In this document: one piece after another, positions 46,916-57,589 of the stretch
Position numbering within the stretch: position 1 is the first letter of the stretch
Layout: each line of letters starts with the position of its first letter
Virus record (IMG/VR): IMGVR_UViG_3300044655_002353
Span: 1-64,000 of that record
Length of the DNA stretch: 64,000 nt
Strand: one strand, 5' to 3'
Source of the DNA: a virus
Notes under the pieces: generated by a model
Told to the model about the DNA's origin: nothing
The model's database searches: none
What the model saw: the letters and a program-made list of their open reading frames with translations, nothing else
Translations under genes and position numbers: made by a program

Positions 46916-47651
46916 AACATATCTAGCAGAAGCATCTGCCAAAAACCTTGCTCCATGGCAAGACCCGTCTAATCCAGCATATGTTAATGTCAATGTAAGT
47001 GATTACTTTAGAGGAAGTGTAAAGAGGAATAAGAATGGTACTTATTCAACTTCTGCGCCTCATGGATATTTTATTTCGTGTCTAAAGTTAGATAATGGTA
47101 AGCAATACGTACTACCTGTCAAGTTTTCAATTATGAGTTACTTTGAAACTATTTCCGGTGTTGAAAATGGTCTTACTACTCTTCAAGGTTGTCCTGATAC
47201 AATAAGACATGAAATGGTTATTGACTCAAAGAACTTAACCACCTTAGATTATCTTTATACTCAAGTACATTGGAAGCTCAGCATTCAATGTCCTAATCTC
47301 AAAACATTTGGAGATGCAAAAACAAAATGTCTTGACTTAGTTCTATATGACATTGGTGATGTTCCTCTCAAAGAGGTTCAATATCACGTTGAAGTAATTC
47401 ATACTATCTATCTTGGATTTGATGCTGCCTATAAAAAACCTGTCTTATCAATATTCAAAATCAAAGGACATTGGGTTTCAATAGAACAAAGAACCAGTTT
47501 TGACCAATGGAAGTCAGACCCAGATGGTTCTAAAGCTAAAGAATTTGATTTAGTATGCAAAATACTAAGCAAGTATGCTAAATCTCGAAACGCCATTGCG
47601 TGCCAACGCGAACTAATTGAAAATGACTTGGATGAATACGCAGAGTTCTAA
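46902..47651 (+). CDS. CQRELIE-family paralog A13
   Basis: MQSFKTYLAE; conserved tail. Confidence 0.9.
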   Translation: MQSFKTYLAEASAKNLAPWQDPSNPAYVNVNVSDYFRGSVKRNKNGTYSTSAPHGYFISCLKLDNGKQYVLPVKFSIMSYFETISGVENGLTTLQGCPDTIRHEMVIDSKNLTTLDYLYTQVHWKLSIQCPNLKTFGDAKTKCLDLVLYDIGDVPLKEVQYHVEVIHTIYLGFDAAYKKPVLSIFKIKGHWVSIEQRTSFDQWKSDPDGSKAKEFDLVCKILSKYAKSRNAIACQRELIENDLDEYAEF

Positions 47652-47857
47652 GAGTTTAACAAGTTAGTCAAAAAGTCTATCTTAACAGCAAGTTCGAGTT
47701 TCTCTGCTTCCATTTTTCCTATTGCATTATTGATATTGTCGAGACCGTTTACTCTGGCGTAAAAGTTATAGTTTTCTTTAAAAAACCCTAATGATTTTGC
47801 GACGAATTCATAATCTTGACTTAGTTTTTCTAAATATTCTGCTGAAAAGTTATTCAT
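47648..47857 (-). CDS. hypothetical protein
   Basis: GAGGG RBS on minus strand. Confidence 0.5.
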   Translation of the reverse strand: MNNFSAEYLEKLSQDYEFVAKSLGFFKENYNFYARVNGLDNINNAIGKMEAEKLELAVKIDFLTNLLNS

Positions 47858-47863
47858 GTGTTT

Positions 47864-48175
47864 TTATCCCTCTTTATTTTGATATCTTAAATGTAGTCCA
47901 CAACTTGCTTTTCCACAAGTTGTTCTATAGCCTCTGTATAATACATAAGACCGTTTATTGCCACAGAACTGGCATAATGGCATATCATCAATATTATTCA
48001 ATATGCAATAAATCCGTTCATGAAGTGTAGCTTCTTTTGGAAGAAAAAGTGTCTCACGTAGAATACTTTCGAATAAGTCAGGGTCAATAGACTCAAGATA
48101 TTCAGTCTTTCTTGAGTTCAACTTTTTCTTATTAGATACTAATAAAGATTGTTCTATTTGAGATTTGATTTCCAT
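47864..48175 (-). CDS. Zn-finger protein resembling the N-terminal DNA-binding part of phage homing endonucleases
   Basis: ERIYCILN....P.C..CG...RGY.TTC...C; TATAAATA (-) at 48182-48189. Confidence 0.55.
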   Translation of the reverse strand: MEIKSQIEQSLLVSNKKKLNSRKTEYLESIDPDLFESILRETLFLPKEATLHERIYCILNNIDDMPLCQFCGNKRSYVLYRGYRTTCGKASCGLHLRYQNKEG

Positions 48176-48299
48176 ATACTCTATTTATATGTAGGGTTAC
48201 ATACATATTTCGAGAATTAGAAGGCTCTAATGATAAATACTCTCATATAGAAATATAATTCTTTATATATATAATTCAATTTCAAAGGAGAGCTTACTT

Positions 48300-48893
48300 A
48301 TGGCAACTTTATCACAAACAGGGATACCATTATCTGGTAACGGTATTCTTCATCCTAAACACCGTAATAGATTTCAAGTTCAATTCGTAGGTATGTTGAA
48401 CGACGGCACAAACCTAACAAGACAGGTTGTTACATGTAATCGTCCAACATTAACATTTGATGAAGTCCCATTACATCGTTACAATTCAATCTCATTTGTT
48501 GCAGGAAAGCATTCTTGGTCAGATTTCCAAGTAACTTTGGAAGATGACTTGACAGGTTTAGCATCTTCTGCTGTTCAAGCTCAATTAGAAAGACAACAGC
48601 GTTTGATTGGTGCTGACCATGCTTCAGGTCAATTTTTGAATACTGCAGCGACTGCATCAGGTTACAAATTTGGTGTAGTTCTTCAAATGCTTGATGGTAA
48701 TGAAGCTATTGCGGAACAATGGAAAATGGAAGGTGCTTGGATAAAAGAAGCAACTTATGGAGACCTTGACTATTCGTCAGCTGACCAAGTTCAAATCCAA
48801 TTATCAATCAAATATGACCATGCATGGCAAGAATTGAATAATGGCGTAGTTGGAACTGATGGTATAAATGCTACAGCTGGTTTCTTGTTGTAA
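48300..48893 (+). CDS. tail tube protein (gp19-like)
   Basis: P...NRF.V.F; RP.L.F.E; AGKH.W; W..EGAW.....GDLDYS; I.YD.A; GATAAATA upstream. Confidence 0.88.
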   Translation: MATLSQTGIPLSGNGILHPKHRNRFQVQFVGMLNDGTNLTRQVVTCNRPTLTFDEVPLHRYNSISFVAGKHSWSDFQVTLEDDLTGLASSAVQAQLERQQRLIGADHASGQFLNTAATASGYKFGVVLQMLDGNEAIAEQWKMEGAWIKEATYGDLDYSSADQVQIQLSIKYDHAWQELNNGVVGTDGINATAGFLL

Positions 48894-48908
48894 GTTTCAT
48901 ACTCATAG

Positions 48909-48947
48909 AAGGGGGGAGAATACCAATAAAGTATTCTCCCCTTTTTT
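48909..48947 (+). terminator. intrinsic terminator
   Basis: GGGGAGAATAC/GTATTCTCCCC plus T tract. Confidence 0.85.
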
Positions 48948-49034
48948 GTTTATATTATTAGTAAATATTAGTTTTCCAAATAAAGATAAATACATTTAGT
49001 ACATGTATTACCAGAAAACAAGGAACTTATATAA

Positions 49035-50303
49035 ATGTCAGCAATTGATTTTAGCAAAATAGTCAGTGGAGCAGGGATACAGCTCGAACAAGCAGCTTAT
49101 AACAAATTTGGAGCAGCGGTCGACCAGTTTACTCGTGCTCCATTTTCTGACATGATTACCGCAAGGACTTCGAGTTTTGGAGGTTTAGACCCGCATTTTA
49201 GACCAGACCAAAAAGGAATATGGCGACCTGCTAACTATGCGCAGGATTTAATTACGTATCAACCGAAACATAGGTTTATGTTTCGTGTATTGTTCGAAAT
49301 GAATCCTAACTTTACTGAACTGATAGGCGGAAGAAAAGACGTATTTCAATATGTTATCAAAAATATTGATAGACCTAAATTGAACTTTGATTATGAAGCT
49401 GTCAATATGTATAACTATAAGACAAAGGTTTTGAAGACAATCAACCATGAACCTTTGTCAATGACGTTGATTGACGATATCGCAGATACTTTTCATGCGT
49501 TCTTTGCTGCTTATCTTCGTGCTCATTCACCAGCGGCTCGTTCATGGACACCAGAAAAGTCATTAGCTATGATGGAAAGCAGTGGTATGGCTTTTTCCAA
49601 ATCACGTGACGGAACGCAGATTGACTCTGCTGCGCGAGGTGCTTTACCTGATGATGCTATCAATCCATTTCGTTCTATTCGTCTTATTCAGTACTTTGGA
49701 CATGCTACACAATTGAATACTTTTTGGTTTGTCAATCCACGTATCCTTGACATTTCTTATGACTCTGCTGATAATGAAGGTGGAGATGTTGGTAACCATG
49801 CCACTATAAGATTTGATTATGATGCTTTGTCAATTGGACAACCGACACAAGTCACAGGTCGTTCAGAATATGCTGCTCCAGGGTCTGATATGTTTAGTCC
49901 AGAAATCCCAGTTCAAAACATTGGTTTTCCTTCTCCTCATTGGTACGGTGATAGTGCCGGTCCTGGAGGATTTGGTGGAGGTGGAGGATGGTTAGGTAAT
50001 GTGTTATCAGGTGTTGTAGGAGGAGCAGTCAATCAAGTAGCAAGTGGAATAGTAGGTAACATCAAAATTCCAATTCTTGGACAAGCAGCACGAAATGTTG
50101 TCTTTGGAGCTTCACGTCAGATTACCAATACTACTCGTAATACTTTATTTGGTGTAACTGGCGGTTTAAGTTCAGCTATCTCTAACTCAGCATCAAGTGC
50201 TGGACGATGGATAAGTGACTCGGTGTCTAACATGGGGAAAACTTCACCGCCAGTAGGAACTCAAACATCTGATGAAATGTTTAGGAAAATAAGAGAAGAA
50301 TAA
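49035..50303 (+). CDS. tail tube-like baseplate/tube-initiator protein (gp48/gp54-like)
   Basis: PKHRFMF.V.F; K.IDRPK; N.YN; NP.I; F.YD parallels tube fold. Confidence 0.6.
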   Translation: MSAIDFSKIVSGAGIQLEQAAYNKFGAAVDQFTRAPFSDMITARTSSFGGLDPHFRPDQKGIWRPANYAQDLITYQPKHRFMFRVLFEMNPNFTELIGGRKDVFQYVIKNIDRPKLNFDYEAVNMYNYKTKVLKTINHEPLSMTLIDDIADTFHAFFAAYLRAHSPAARSWTPEKSLAMMESSGMAFSKSRDGTQIDSAARGALPDDAINPFRSIRLIQYFGHATQLNTFWFVNPRILDISYDSADNEGGDVGNHATIRFDYDALSIGQPTQVTGRSEYAAPGSDMFSPEIPVQNIGFPSPHWYGDSAGPGGFGGGGGWLGNVLSGVVGGAVNQVASGIVGNIKIPILGQAARNVVFGASRQITNTTRNTLFGVTGGLSSAISNSASSAGRWISDSVSNMGKTSPPVGTQTSDEMFRKIREE

Positions 50304-50307
50304 GATT

Positions 50308-50883
50308 ATGGCTCAAGGTCGTTTTATTCCGCGCAATCCTCAAAAGTATTTTGGAAATGCTGCTCAAATCTTCTTTCGTTCTTCATGGGAACTAACTGTC
50401 ATGAAGTTCTTTGATAGTTCTATAAGTGTTACTAGATGGAATAGTGAAGAAGTTGCAATACCTTACATTTCTCCAAAAGATGGACGAGTCCATCGGTATT
50501 ATCCTGACTTTATGTTTGAGATGATAAATACAAATCAAGAAGTTGAAAGATGGATAGTTGAAGTAAAACCGTTGAAAGAAGCAAGTGCTGAACATGCTAA
50601 GTCAGCTTATGATAGAGTTGCACTTATGGTCAATGAAGCGAAGTGGATTGCCGCTGAAAGGTTTTGCCAGGTCAATGGAATGAAATTCAAGGTCATCACT
50701 GAAGTTGATATCTATCGAATGATGCCACGAACTGCAAAGAAGAAAGCACCAAAAGTCAAAAAGCTAGCTGCCAATGGAACTAAGAAACCTGTAGCACCAA
50801 GAAAACCGAAAACTGCAAGTAAGACATCTATAACAAGAGCGCCAACAAATGATAAAAGAAAATCTAAAAAAACATCCGCTTGA
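50308..50883 (+). CDS. head completion nuclease (gp4-like, TnsA-type)
   Basis: GRF.P.NPQKY; RSSWE; W.SEE..IPY.SP.DGRVHRYYPDF; VEVKP; N.AKW.AA; F.VITE. Confidence 0.92.
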   Translation: MAQGRFIPRNPQKYFGNAAQIFFRSSWELTVMKFFDSSISVTRWNSEEVAIPYISPKDGRVHRYYPDFMFEMINTNQEVERWIVEVKPLKEASAEHAKSAYDRVALMVNEAKWIAAERFCQVNGMKFKVITEVDIYRMMPRTAKKKAPKVKKLAANGTKKPVAPRKPKTASKTSITRAPTNDKRKSKKTSA

Positions 50884-51322
50884 AGATATCTTCAACATTG
50901 AACCAGGTTCAACTTATGATATGACTACAAGTTCATCATCTTCATATGAAGATGATATGATTGCTGTTCCTCAACAAACGGTTGCCCAATCATATCAAGA
51001 TGATGCAGAAGATATTGATATCAACAATAAGATTGAGAGTATTTTTGAAGCTGCTATGGATGCTTATGAAAACCAAACAGCACTTACTGAAATAGTAGAA
51101 CCTCGATATGCTGCAAGGAATGCAGAAGTGGCGGCACAGTACCTCAATACTGCGTTGAATGCAACGGCTCTTAAAGCAAGAACTAAAAATGACAAAAGAA
51201 AGACTGCTCCATTTATTCCATTTGGAAATAATACAAATATTTCTGGGAACAACATCGTTGTCGCGGATAGAAATCAGATATTAGAAATGTTACGTAACAA
51301 AAACAAGGATTCGTTAGACTAA
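50849..51322 (+). CDS. putative terminase small subunit
   Basis: LEDIFN; EPRYAAR.AEVA...L..AL.A; ADRNQIL; nearest non-array gene upstream of terL. Confidence 0.6.
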   Translation: MIKENLKKHPLEDIFNIEPGSTYDMTTSSSSSYEDDMIAVPQQTVAQSYQDDAEDIDINNKIESIFEAAMDAYENQTALTEIVEPRYAARNAEVAAQYLNTALNATALKARTKNDKRKTAPFIPFGNNTNISGNNIVVADRNQILEMLRNKNKDSLD

Positions 51323-51999
51323 TGAAAATAAAAGAATTATTTGAAACATCAAGTACTCAACAAATGACTAATCCAGAAGTCCGTGAGTTAATTCAATACT
51401 GGGTTGATAAGGGTTGGCTAAAGGAAGGTTTTAACAATGGTGATTCTATACATGGTTTCCAAGTAGCTTCTGATGGTTCTGCTGAACGTAAACTTGATAA
51501 GCTAGAAATAGTGAATGAAATGCTAACTCCTGAAGGAACCTTTCCGTTCAAGTTATCTCGTGCTAAGTATGTCGCAGTTAGAGCAAATAATCTTTCTTCG
51601 TTCAAAAACTTTCCTGAACAAATTGAACATCGAATTTCTGGCAATCTTTTGTGTCTTGACATGTTAGCACCTAGCTTCCCTCATCTTACATCTTTAGAAG
51701 GATGTCCAAAATACTGTAGAGGTCACGCGAGATTATCACGAGCAAAAAATCTATCATATGCTAACGTTCATAAACATATCTTAGCTGCAGATGTGATTTC
51801 TATAAATGAAGAATATGTTGGCCCAATGTTAGGATTTCTAAAGATAGTCAATCTTAAAGAAATTAGACACTTATATTCAGAAAATGGAAAATTAGCTGAA
51901 GCAGCAGAGATTATCAATGAGTATCTACCAAAAGGAGATTCTGTTGCATGCCAACGAAAACTAATTGAAAATGATTTAGACGAGTACGCGGAGTTTTAA
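51322..51999 (+). CDS. CQRELIE-family paralog B1
   Basis: MKIKELFE; LTSLEGCP; conserved tail. Confidence 0.9.
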   Translation: MKIKELFETSSTQQMTNPEVRELIQYWVDKGWLKEGFNNGDSIHGFQVASDGSAERKLDKLEIVNEMLTPEGTFPFKLSRAKYVAVRANNLSSFKNFPEQIEHRISGNLLCLDMLAPSFPHLTSLEGCPKYCRGHARLSRAKNLSYANVHKHILAADVISINEEYVGPMLGFLKIVNLKEIRHLYSENGKLAEAAEIINEYLPKGDSVACQRKLIENDLDEYAEF

Positions 52000-52670
52000 T
52001 GAAAATTAAAGAACTATTATCAGAAGATACTGTCAAAGAATGCACATTAGAATGCGTTTATTATTTTCCATTTACAGTTAACGGTTATGATAAACTTTCT
52101 AAAACATTGATTAGAAAAGCTGTATATAATCTTTTAAAAGGATTTAAATACTCAATAGAGAATGTTAGCGAACACTCATTCAATATCAAAATAAAAAGTC
52201 CTGATAGTAATTTGCTAAAATCAAAAGCAAATCAATTCAAGTTTCATGATAAAGTAATGGAAGCTGTTTGTGATGCTATTGGTGAAAATTATATTGACGT
52301 TATCAATAATCAGTTATTTCAAGTATTTTGTAATATCTATAGTAACTATATCCCAACTTTTCCGGTTGAATGTGAGTTCTTTAAATTGACAATAACTCCA
52401 GATATCAAATTTACTGGAATACATAAAGTATTAGATTGTTTCCAATTACAATTAAATGACTTTCATAATTTCAAAGGTGGGGGCTTATTAAGTTTATTGA
52501 AACTTAACCCGTCAACTACAGTAAGACTTAGTATAAACGGAAAAATGTACCCGGAATTAGCTAGTGCTTGGAACATTATTCAAACATATTTATCATCAAA
52601 AAATCGTGATCTCGTTGCATGTCAACGAAAACTAATTGAAAAGGATTTAGACGAGTACGCAGAACTATGA
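51999..52670 (+). CDS. CQRELIE-family paralog B2
   Basis: MKIKELLSE; conserved tail. Confidence 0.9.
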   Translation: MKIKELLSEDTVKECTLECVYYFPFTVNGYDKLSKTLIRKAVYNLLKGFKYSIENVSEHSFNIKIKSPDSNLLKSKANQFKFHDKVMEAVCDAIGENYIDVINNQLFQVFCNIYSNYIPTFPVECEFFKLTITPDIKFTGIHKVLDCFQLQLNDFHNFKGGGLLSLLKLNPSTTVRLSINGKMYPELASAWNIIQTYLSSKNRDLVACQRKLIEKDLDEYAEL

Positions 52671-53383
52671 AAATACGAGAACTACTTCAAGAAGCACCTA
52701 AAGTTTCAGAAGAAACAAAACGAGTTAGAGCCATTATTAAACAATGGCGAGAAGAAATAAAAGCTAATCCGCAATTTTCAGAATCTGCTTTTGGTCACTT
52801 CGAGCTAACCCCAGATAATCATCTTATTCATAAAGGACGAGCATTAGTAATTCGAAACTACATGTTAGATGAAAATGGAGAATTACCAATCAAAATCCAT
52901 AGTTGTTATAAGTTATCAGTTGGAACTCCAAAAATTAAGTCATTCAAAAACTTTCCTAATGAAATACTTAGAGATTATAGAAATAAAGTAGGATTTGGAA
53001 GATTTGATTGGTCACTTAACTTTGGAGGGGTTTATTCAAATGATGAACGATATGATCATATCACTTCGTTAGAAGGAATTACTCCAGAAGTTCAGGGTGG
53101 TATTGATATGAGCATGCTAGAAAAAGTGAATTTTTCTAATGTTGATAAGTATATCAAAAGTTGTTCTGTTGTTGCTATTGACCGTGATTATGTTGGCCCA
53201 TTACTAAGTTTTCTGAAAATACCAAACTTGCAAAAAATTAATGGTCCAACATTACAAAATGCTACAACTAATAAAGAAAAAGCTTGTGCTATTGTTACTG
53301 AACATTTAAAAGGTAAAAGAAACATCATTGAGTGCCAACGAGAACTAATTGAAAAGGATTTAGACGAGTACGCAGAACTATGA
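52667..53383 (+). CDS. CQRELIE-family paralog B3
   Basis: MKIRELLQE; conserved tail. Confidence 0.9.
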   Translation: MKIRELLQEAPKVSEETKRVRAIIKQWREEIKANPQFSESAFGHFELTPDNHLIHKGRALVIRNYMLDENGELPIKIHSCYKLSVGTPKIKSFKNFPNEILRDYRNKVGFGRFDWSLNFGGVYSNDERYDHITSLEGITPEVQGGIDMSMLEKVNFSNVDKYIKSCSVVAIDRDYVGPLLSFLKIPNLQKINGPTLQNATTNKEKACAIVTEHLKGKRNIIECQRELIEKDLDEYAEL

Positions 53384-54072
53384 AAATTGGAGAGTTGTTA
53401 AATGAAGCAGTAAAGAAGCATCCGGAAGAATTTGCTATCATGGCTAAGATACATAAATGGCGAACCAAAATTGCTTCTGAAAAAGCTGCAACATATTCTT
53501 CATGGTATCCACCATTCGGAAAATATAAAATAGTTCCATATAAAGGTGGAGGTTATGGTGTAGAGCATTTGAGCGAAAATCTAAAACTTTATGAATGGAT
53601 GTTTGAGAACGGAGAGCTTCCATTCAAGTTTATATCATGTATTTCACTTGATGTTTATGGTGTTAATGCAATGACAACGTTTAAAAACTTTCCAGATAAA
53701 GTTCTTAATAATAGTAATGGCACAATGCTGAACATATTCGGAGTTAATAGCACAATGAAAGGGCCTAATATTCATTCATTAGAAGGTGTGCCTCGACATA
53801 TTAATGGTTCCGCAGATTTTTCTCATTTTCCGAAACTATCTTTTGCAAATGTTCATAAACATATCGATTATGTTGAAGGTGTTAAATTTCCATATCCGTA
53901 TAAAGGTCCTATTCTTGGATTTCTAAAGATAAATGGATTGAGTTCAGTTACAGACCATGGTGATAAGTGGCAACAGATACTAAATAAACATTTAGCAAGT
54001 TCTAAACGAGATGCCATTGCATGTCAACGCGAATTGATTGAAAAAGATTTAGACGAGTACGCGGAGTTTTAA
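53380..54072 (+). CDS. CQRELIE-family paralog B4
   Basis: MKIGELLNE; conserved tail. Confidence 0.9.
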   Translation: MKIGELLNEAVKKHPEEFAIMAKIHKWRTKIASEKAATYSSWYPPFGKYKIVPYKGGGYGVEHLSENLKLYEWMFENGELPFKFISCISLDVYGVNAMTTFKNFPDKVLNNSNGTMLNIFGVNSTMKGPNIHSLEGVPRHINGSADFSHFPKLSFANVHKHIDYVEGVKFPYPYKGPILGFLKINGLSSVTDHGDKWQQILNKHLASSKRDAIACQRELIEKDLDEYAEF

Positions 54073-54737
54073 TGAAAATACAAGAACTATTTGAACAAAC
54101 ATCTAGTAATCAACAAATGTCTAAGGATGAAGTACTTGCTATTATTGATGAATGGCGAAGTTGGCAAACTTTTCCGCATGATTACTATGACAAATTTGTA
54201 GTCGCTAAAGATGGAACAGTTTCATGCAATATGCCAAAATTTCAAATTACGGAAAGAATGCTAACGCCAGAAGGAACTCTTCCATTCAAGATTACCCGAG
54301 CTAAATGTATTCACGTTTATACGTCTGCACTTTCTTCATTCAAAAACTTTCCAGAGTATATTGAAACTCCTAAAAGCTCAAAGATTGATGCTCTAAAATT
54401 AGAGGGAGTAAATTTCCCTAAGCTTACTTCTTTAGAAAGTATTCCAAAGTATTCCAAAGGAGTATTGAATTTATGGGAAGCTCAAAATTTATCATTCGCT
54501 AATGTTCATAACCATATCTTAGAAGCTGATAAGATTTATATTTCTGGGAATAAGCCAAGTCCGATATTAGGATTTTTGAAAATCAAAAACCTTAAAACTG
54601 TTTGGATATCAAGTGAAAGTATTGACGATTTCGAAAGAGCAATTGATATTCTCAATGAATTCTTACCTAATGGCAACACCATTGCGTGCCAACGAAAACT
54701 AATTGAAAATGACTTAGACGAGTATGCGGAGTTTTAA
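54072..54737 (+). CDS. CQRELIE-family paralog B5
   Basis: MKIQELFE; conserved tail. Confidence 0.9.
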   Translation: MKIQELFEQTSSNQQMSKDEVLAIIDEWRSWQTFPHDYYDKFVVAKDGTVSCNMPKFQITERMLTPEGTLPFKITRAKCIHVYTSALSSFKNFPEYIETPKSSKIDALKLEGVNFPKLTSLESIPKYSKGVLNLWEAQNLSFANVHNHILEADKIYISGNKPSPILGFLKIKNLKTVWISSESIDDFERAIDILNEFLPNGNTIACQRKLIENDLDEYAEF

Positions 54738-55378
54738 TGAAAATAAAAGAATTGTTTGAACAGGAAGAAGAACAAATACCATATAAAGTAGCAGAGCAAT
54801 TGAGAATGCTTACTCAAGGTACTATCAATCTAAATAAAATGGGCATATTATATGCTAATTCTAAATTAGACTTATCGCAATCTGATACGGCATTTGGAGC
54901 TTTCGCTGATAAAGTTGAAAATGGATATGAACTAAAATATAAACTTGACGTAGTATTAGGTGATTTTGATATTGAAGATAGACAAATAGTTTCATTCAAA
55001 AACTTTCCAAACTCGGTTCATGGTGCTGTAAATTGTTATAAAAATAATATTACTTCACTTGAAGGTGCTCCTTATAATATAAGTGGTTCTTTAGATTTGA
55101 TTGATAATCCTATCACTTCATTCAAAGATATTCATAAACATATTCAGAGTTGCAGTAAGATTTATGTTCCTGTATCAGTTCAATCAAACTTATTAGGTGT
55201 ATTGAAGATGAAAAATATTCCTTTACTTTCTACTGCTTCAACTGATAGATGGAAAGAAGGTTATAATACTTTATTAAAAGCTATATCTATCATAAATAGT
55301 TATCAAACAGCCAATGATTGGATTGCATGTCAACGAAAACTAATTGAAAACGACCTGGACGAGTACGCAGAATTATGA
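54737..55378 (+). CDS. CQRELIE-family paralog B6
   Basis: MKIKELFE; ITSLEGAP; conserved tail. Confidence 0.9.
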   Translation: MKIKELFEQEEEQIPYKVAEQLRMLTQGTINLNKMGILYANSKLDLSQSDTAFGAFADKVENGYELKYKLDVVLGDFDIEDRQIVSFKNFPNSVHGAVNCYKNNITSLEGAPYNISGSLDLIDNPITSFKDIHKHIQSCSKIYVPVSVQSNLLGVLKMKNIPLLSTASTDRWKEGYNTLLKAISIINSYQTANDWIACQRKLIENDLDEYAEL

Positions 55379-56031
55379 AAATATCAGAATTATTAAATGA
55401 AGCAACAAGTAATAGAACCGATACTTTTGAAATAAAGTTATCGTTTGAAACACATTTTGCACCAAAAGTAATTGCTATTCGAGATGCTTTGATTAAAGCT
55501 AATCTTACTGGCGTAAAAGTTAAACTTGTCGATAAACCATCATCAAGTAACCAAGTACGAATAACTTTGAACGGAAAACTTCCATTCAACAAAACTAATA
55601 TTGAACATCAATTAGAAAGAGTTCGCGAAGTAGTCGAAAGCTTTAACAAAATCGATAAAAGCCCTTATAACGAAGGTTCATCATTTCCTATTGTCTTTAT
55701 TGACAATATGCCAAATAGCCCAATTGAATGGCCGGTTATCTATTTGAACTCAAATAGTAATACAGCTCTTTCATTAGCAGGTGTTGATAAACTTATTAAA
55801 GCAGATGAATTATTTAGAATTGAATATGCTAATATGATTAGCGATAGTGTTGTAGGGTTATTGAAAATCAAAGGCAAACTCATTCTAAATAATGCAGATT
55901 GGGGTAATAAGTTTAAAACTGTTGAATGGGTTAAAATTATTACTAGTTATAGAAAATCAGAAAATCAAGATATAGTTGCATGTCAACGTGAAATGATTGA
56001 ACAAGACTTAGACGAATACGCGGAATTTTAA
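55375..56031 (+). CDS. CQRELIE-family paralog B7
   Basis: MKISELLNE; conserved tail. Confidence 0.9.
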   Translation: MKISELLNEATSNRTDTFEIKLSFETHFAPKVIAIRDALIKANLTGVKVKLVDKPSSSNQVRITLNGKLPFNKTNIEHQLERVREVVESFNKIDKSPYNEGSSFPIVFIDNMPNSPIEWPVIYLNSNSNTALSLAGVDKLIKADELFRIEYANMISDSVVGLLKIKGKLILNNADWGNKFKTVEWVKIITSYRKSENQDIVACQREMIEQDLDEYAEF

Positions 56032-56666
56032 TGAAAATAAAAGAACTATTTGAAACCTCAGTTAGAAAAGATTATTTTATAGACTTATGGCTGTCGTATA
56101 ATGCTCTAACTACTACTTTAACAAAACTCAATGAAAATCCTAAAAAGATAACTGATGCTATTGACAAAAAAACCGGATTGAGTTCAATTATTCAAGTTGG
56201 TAAAGGTACATTTGATATTAGCCTTGAAGTTCCAGAACATCAGGTGAATGATTTTGCGAATTACATAGATGATGTCAATGCTGTTCTTAAAGCGTTTTTT
56301 GATATCACTGAAATTCGTGAAGATTCAGGGTCGCATATAGTTCATTTAACATTTGACAAACAGGTTCCTTCATTACCAATACCAATTGAGTTTCCGAATA
56401 TCTTTATTCAGAACCTTAATAAAACTTCATTATCTGGTATTCATAAAATAATAAAAGATTTTAGTTATTTAGAAATCAATAATTCTGAGAATATTACAGG
56501 TGGTGTTTTGGGTTTGATAAAGTTAGCAAAACATGGAGTAATAAAAATCAATACTCCAAATCCTGAATGGGCTAACATTGTTTTAAAATATTTAAACTCG
56601 GGTGATGTCATTGCATGTCAACGAAAACTAATTGAAAAGGATTTAGACGAGTACGCAGAACTATGA
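56031..56666 (+). CDS. CQRELIE-family paralog B8
   Basis: MKIKELFE; conserved tail. Confidence 0.9.
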   Translation: MKIKELFETSVRKDYFIDLWLSYNALTTTLTKLNENPKKITDAIDKKTGLSSIIQVGKGTFDISLEVPEHQVNDFANYIDDVNAVLKAFFDITEIREDSGSHIVHLTFDKQVPSLPIPIEFPNIFIQNLNKTSLSGIHKIIKDFSYLEINNSENITGGVLGLIKLAKHGVIKINTPNPEWANIVLKYLNSGDVIACQRKLIEKDLDEYAEL

Positions 56667-57589
56667 AAATATCAGAATTGTTAAATGAAGCATCTAAAGG
56701 TGCAGACTATTCAGCGGTCATTGACCAATTAGAACAAACTCCAGAGTTTAAGGACTTCTCGAAGTACTTTGACTTGAACTCCACGAAAATACAAAGAAAG
56801 AATGGTTCTTTGCAAATAGTGACTAAAGATACCTATCTAAAAGAACCACGAGAATACTTTGTCAATTATGCAGGTGATATCAAAGTCAAAAATTCTTACG
56901 CCTCTATTTGGGGTAAAGCGGGTTATGGTGCGGGTCCAGACGGTTCATTACAAATGTATCTGAACTGTTTAGATACAATACATACCCATTTTGTGAATTG
57001 GTTTGCAAAACGTCTAAAGAATGCTAAAGATGATGTGCGTAATCTTAGTCTTACTACGCTAAAAGGCAGAATTTATCCAAATAAGATTTCAAACTTCAAT
57101 TGTTCTTACAATAATCTTACAACCTTAGAAGGAGCACCTGAACTTAATGCGGCGGGGGATTTCTCAGTAGGTGGGGATTTCTATTGTAACAACAATGAAC
57201 TGACTTCGCCTTTAGTTGGTGGTCCTGAACAATGTAGATTGTTTAATGCTGCTAATAATAAGCTAACATCTTTTGAAGGATTTCCAAAGCATGCTCAGTT
57301 TATTCAAGCGTATGGTAATCCAATCACTTCATTCTCTGACGTTCATAAGCATATTCCGAGGTGTCAAGGATTTACTTTACCGCCAGTCAAAACTGGGGTC
57401 TTAGCATTTTTCAAAGTAAAAGATTGTACTTCAATTGCATTTACTATAAATGGTAGAAAAACAGAAGATGGAGAATTTGGTTTAGTTGCTCAAATTGTTT
57501 CTAAGCATTTATTCTCTAGTGAACGAAGTGCTATCAAATGTCAACGTGAACTAATTGAAAACGACTTGGATGATTATGCAGAGTTTTAG
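56663..57589 (+). CDS. CQRELIE-family paralog B9, extended LRR-like repeats
   Basis: MKISELLNE; NNLTTLEGAP repeats; conserved tail. Confidence 0.9.
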   Translation: MKISELLNEASKGADYSAVIDQLEQTPEFKDFSKYFDLNSTKIQRKNGSLQIVTKDTYLKEPREYFVNYAGDIKVKNSYASIWGKAGYGAGPDGSLQMYLNCLDTIHTHFVNWFAKRLKNAKDDVRNLSLTTLKGRIYPNKISNFNCSYNNLTTLEGAPELNAAGDFSVGGDFYCNNNELTSPLVGGPEQCRLFNAANNKLTSFEGFPKHAQFIQAYGNPITSFSDVHKHIPRCQGFTLPPVKTGVLAFFKVKDCTSIAFTINGRKTEDGEFGLVAQIVSKHLFSSERSAIKCQRELIENDLDDYAEF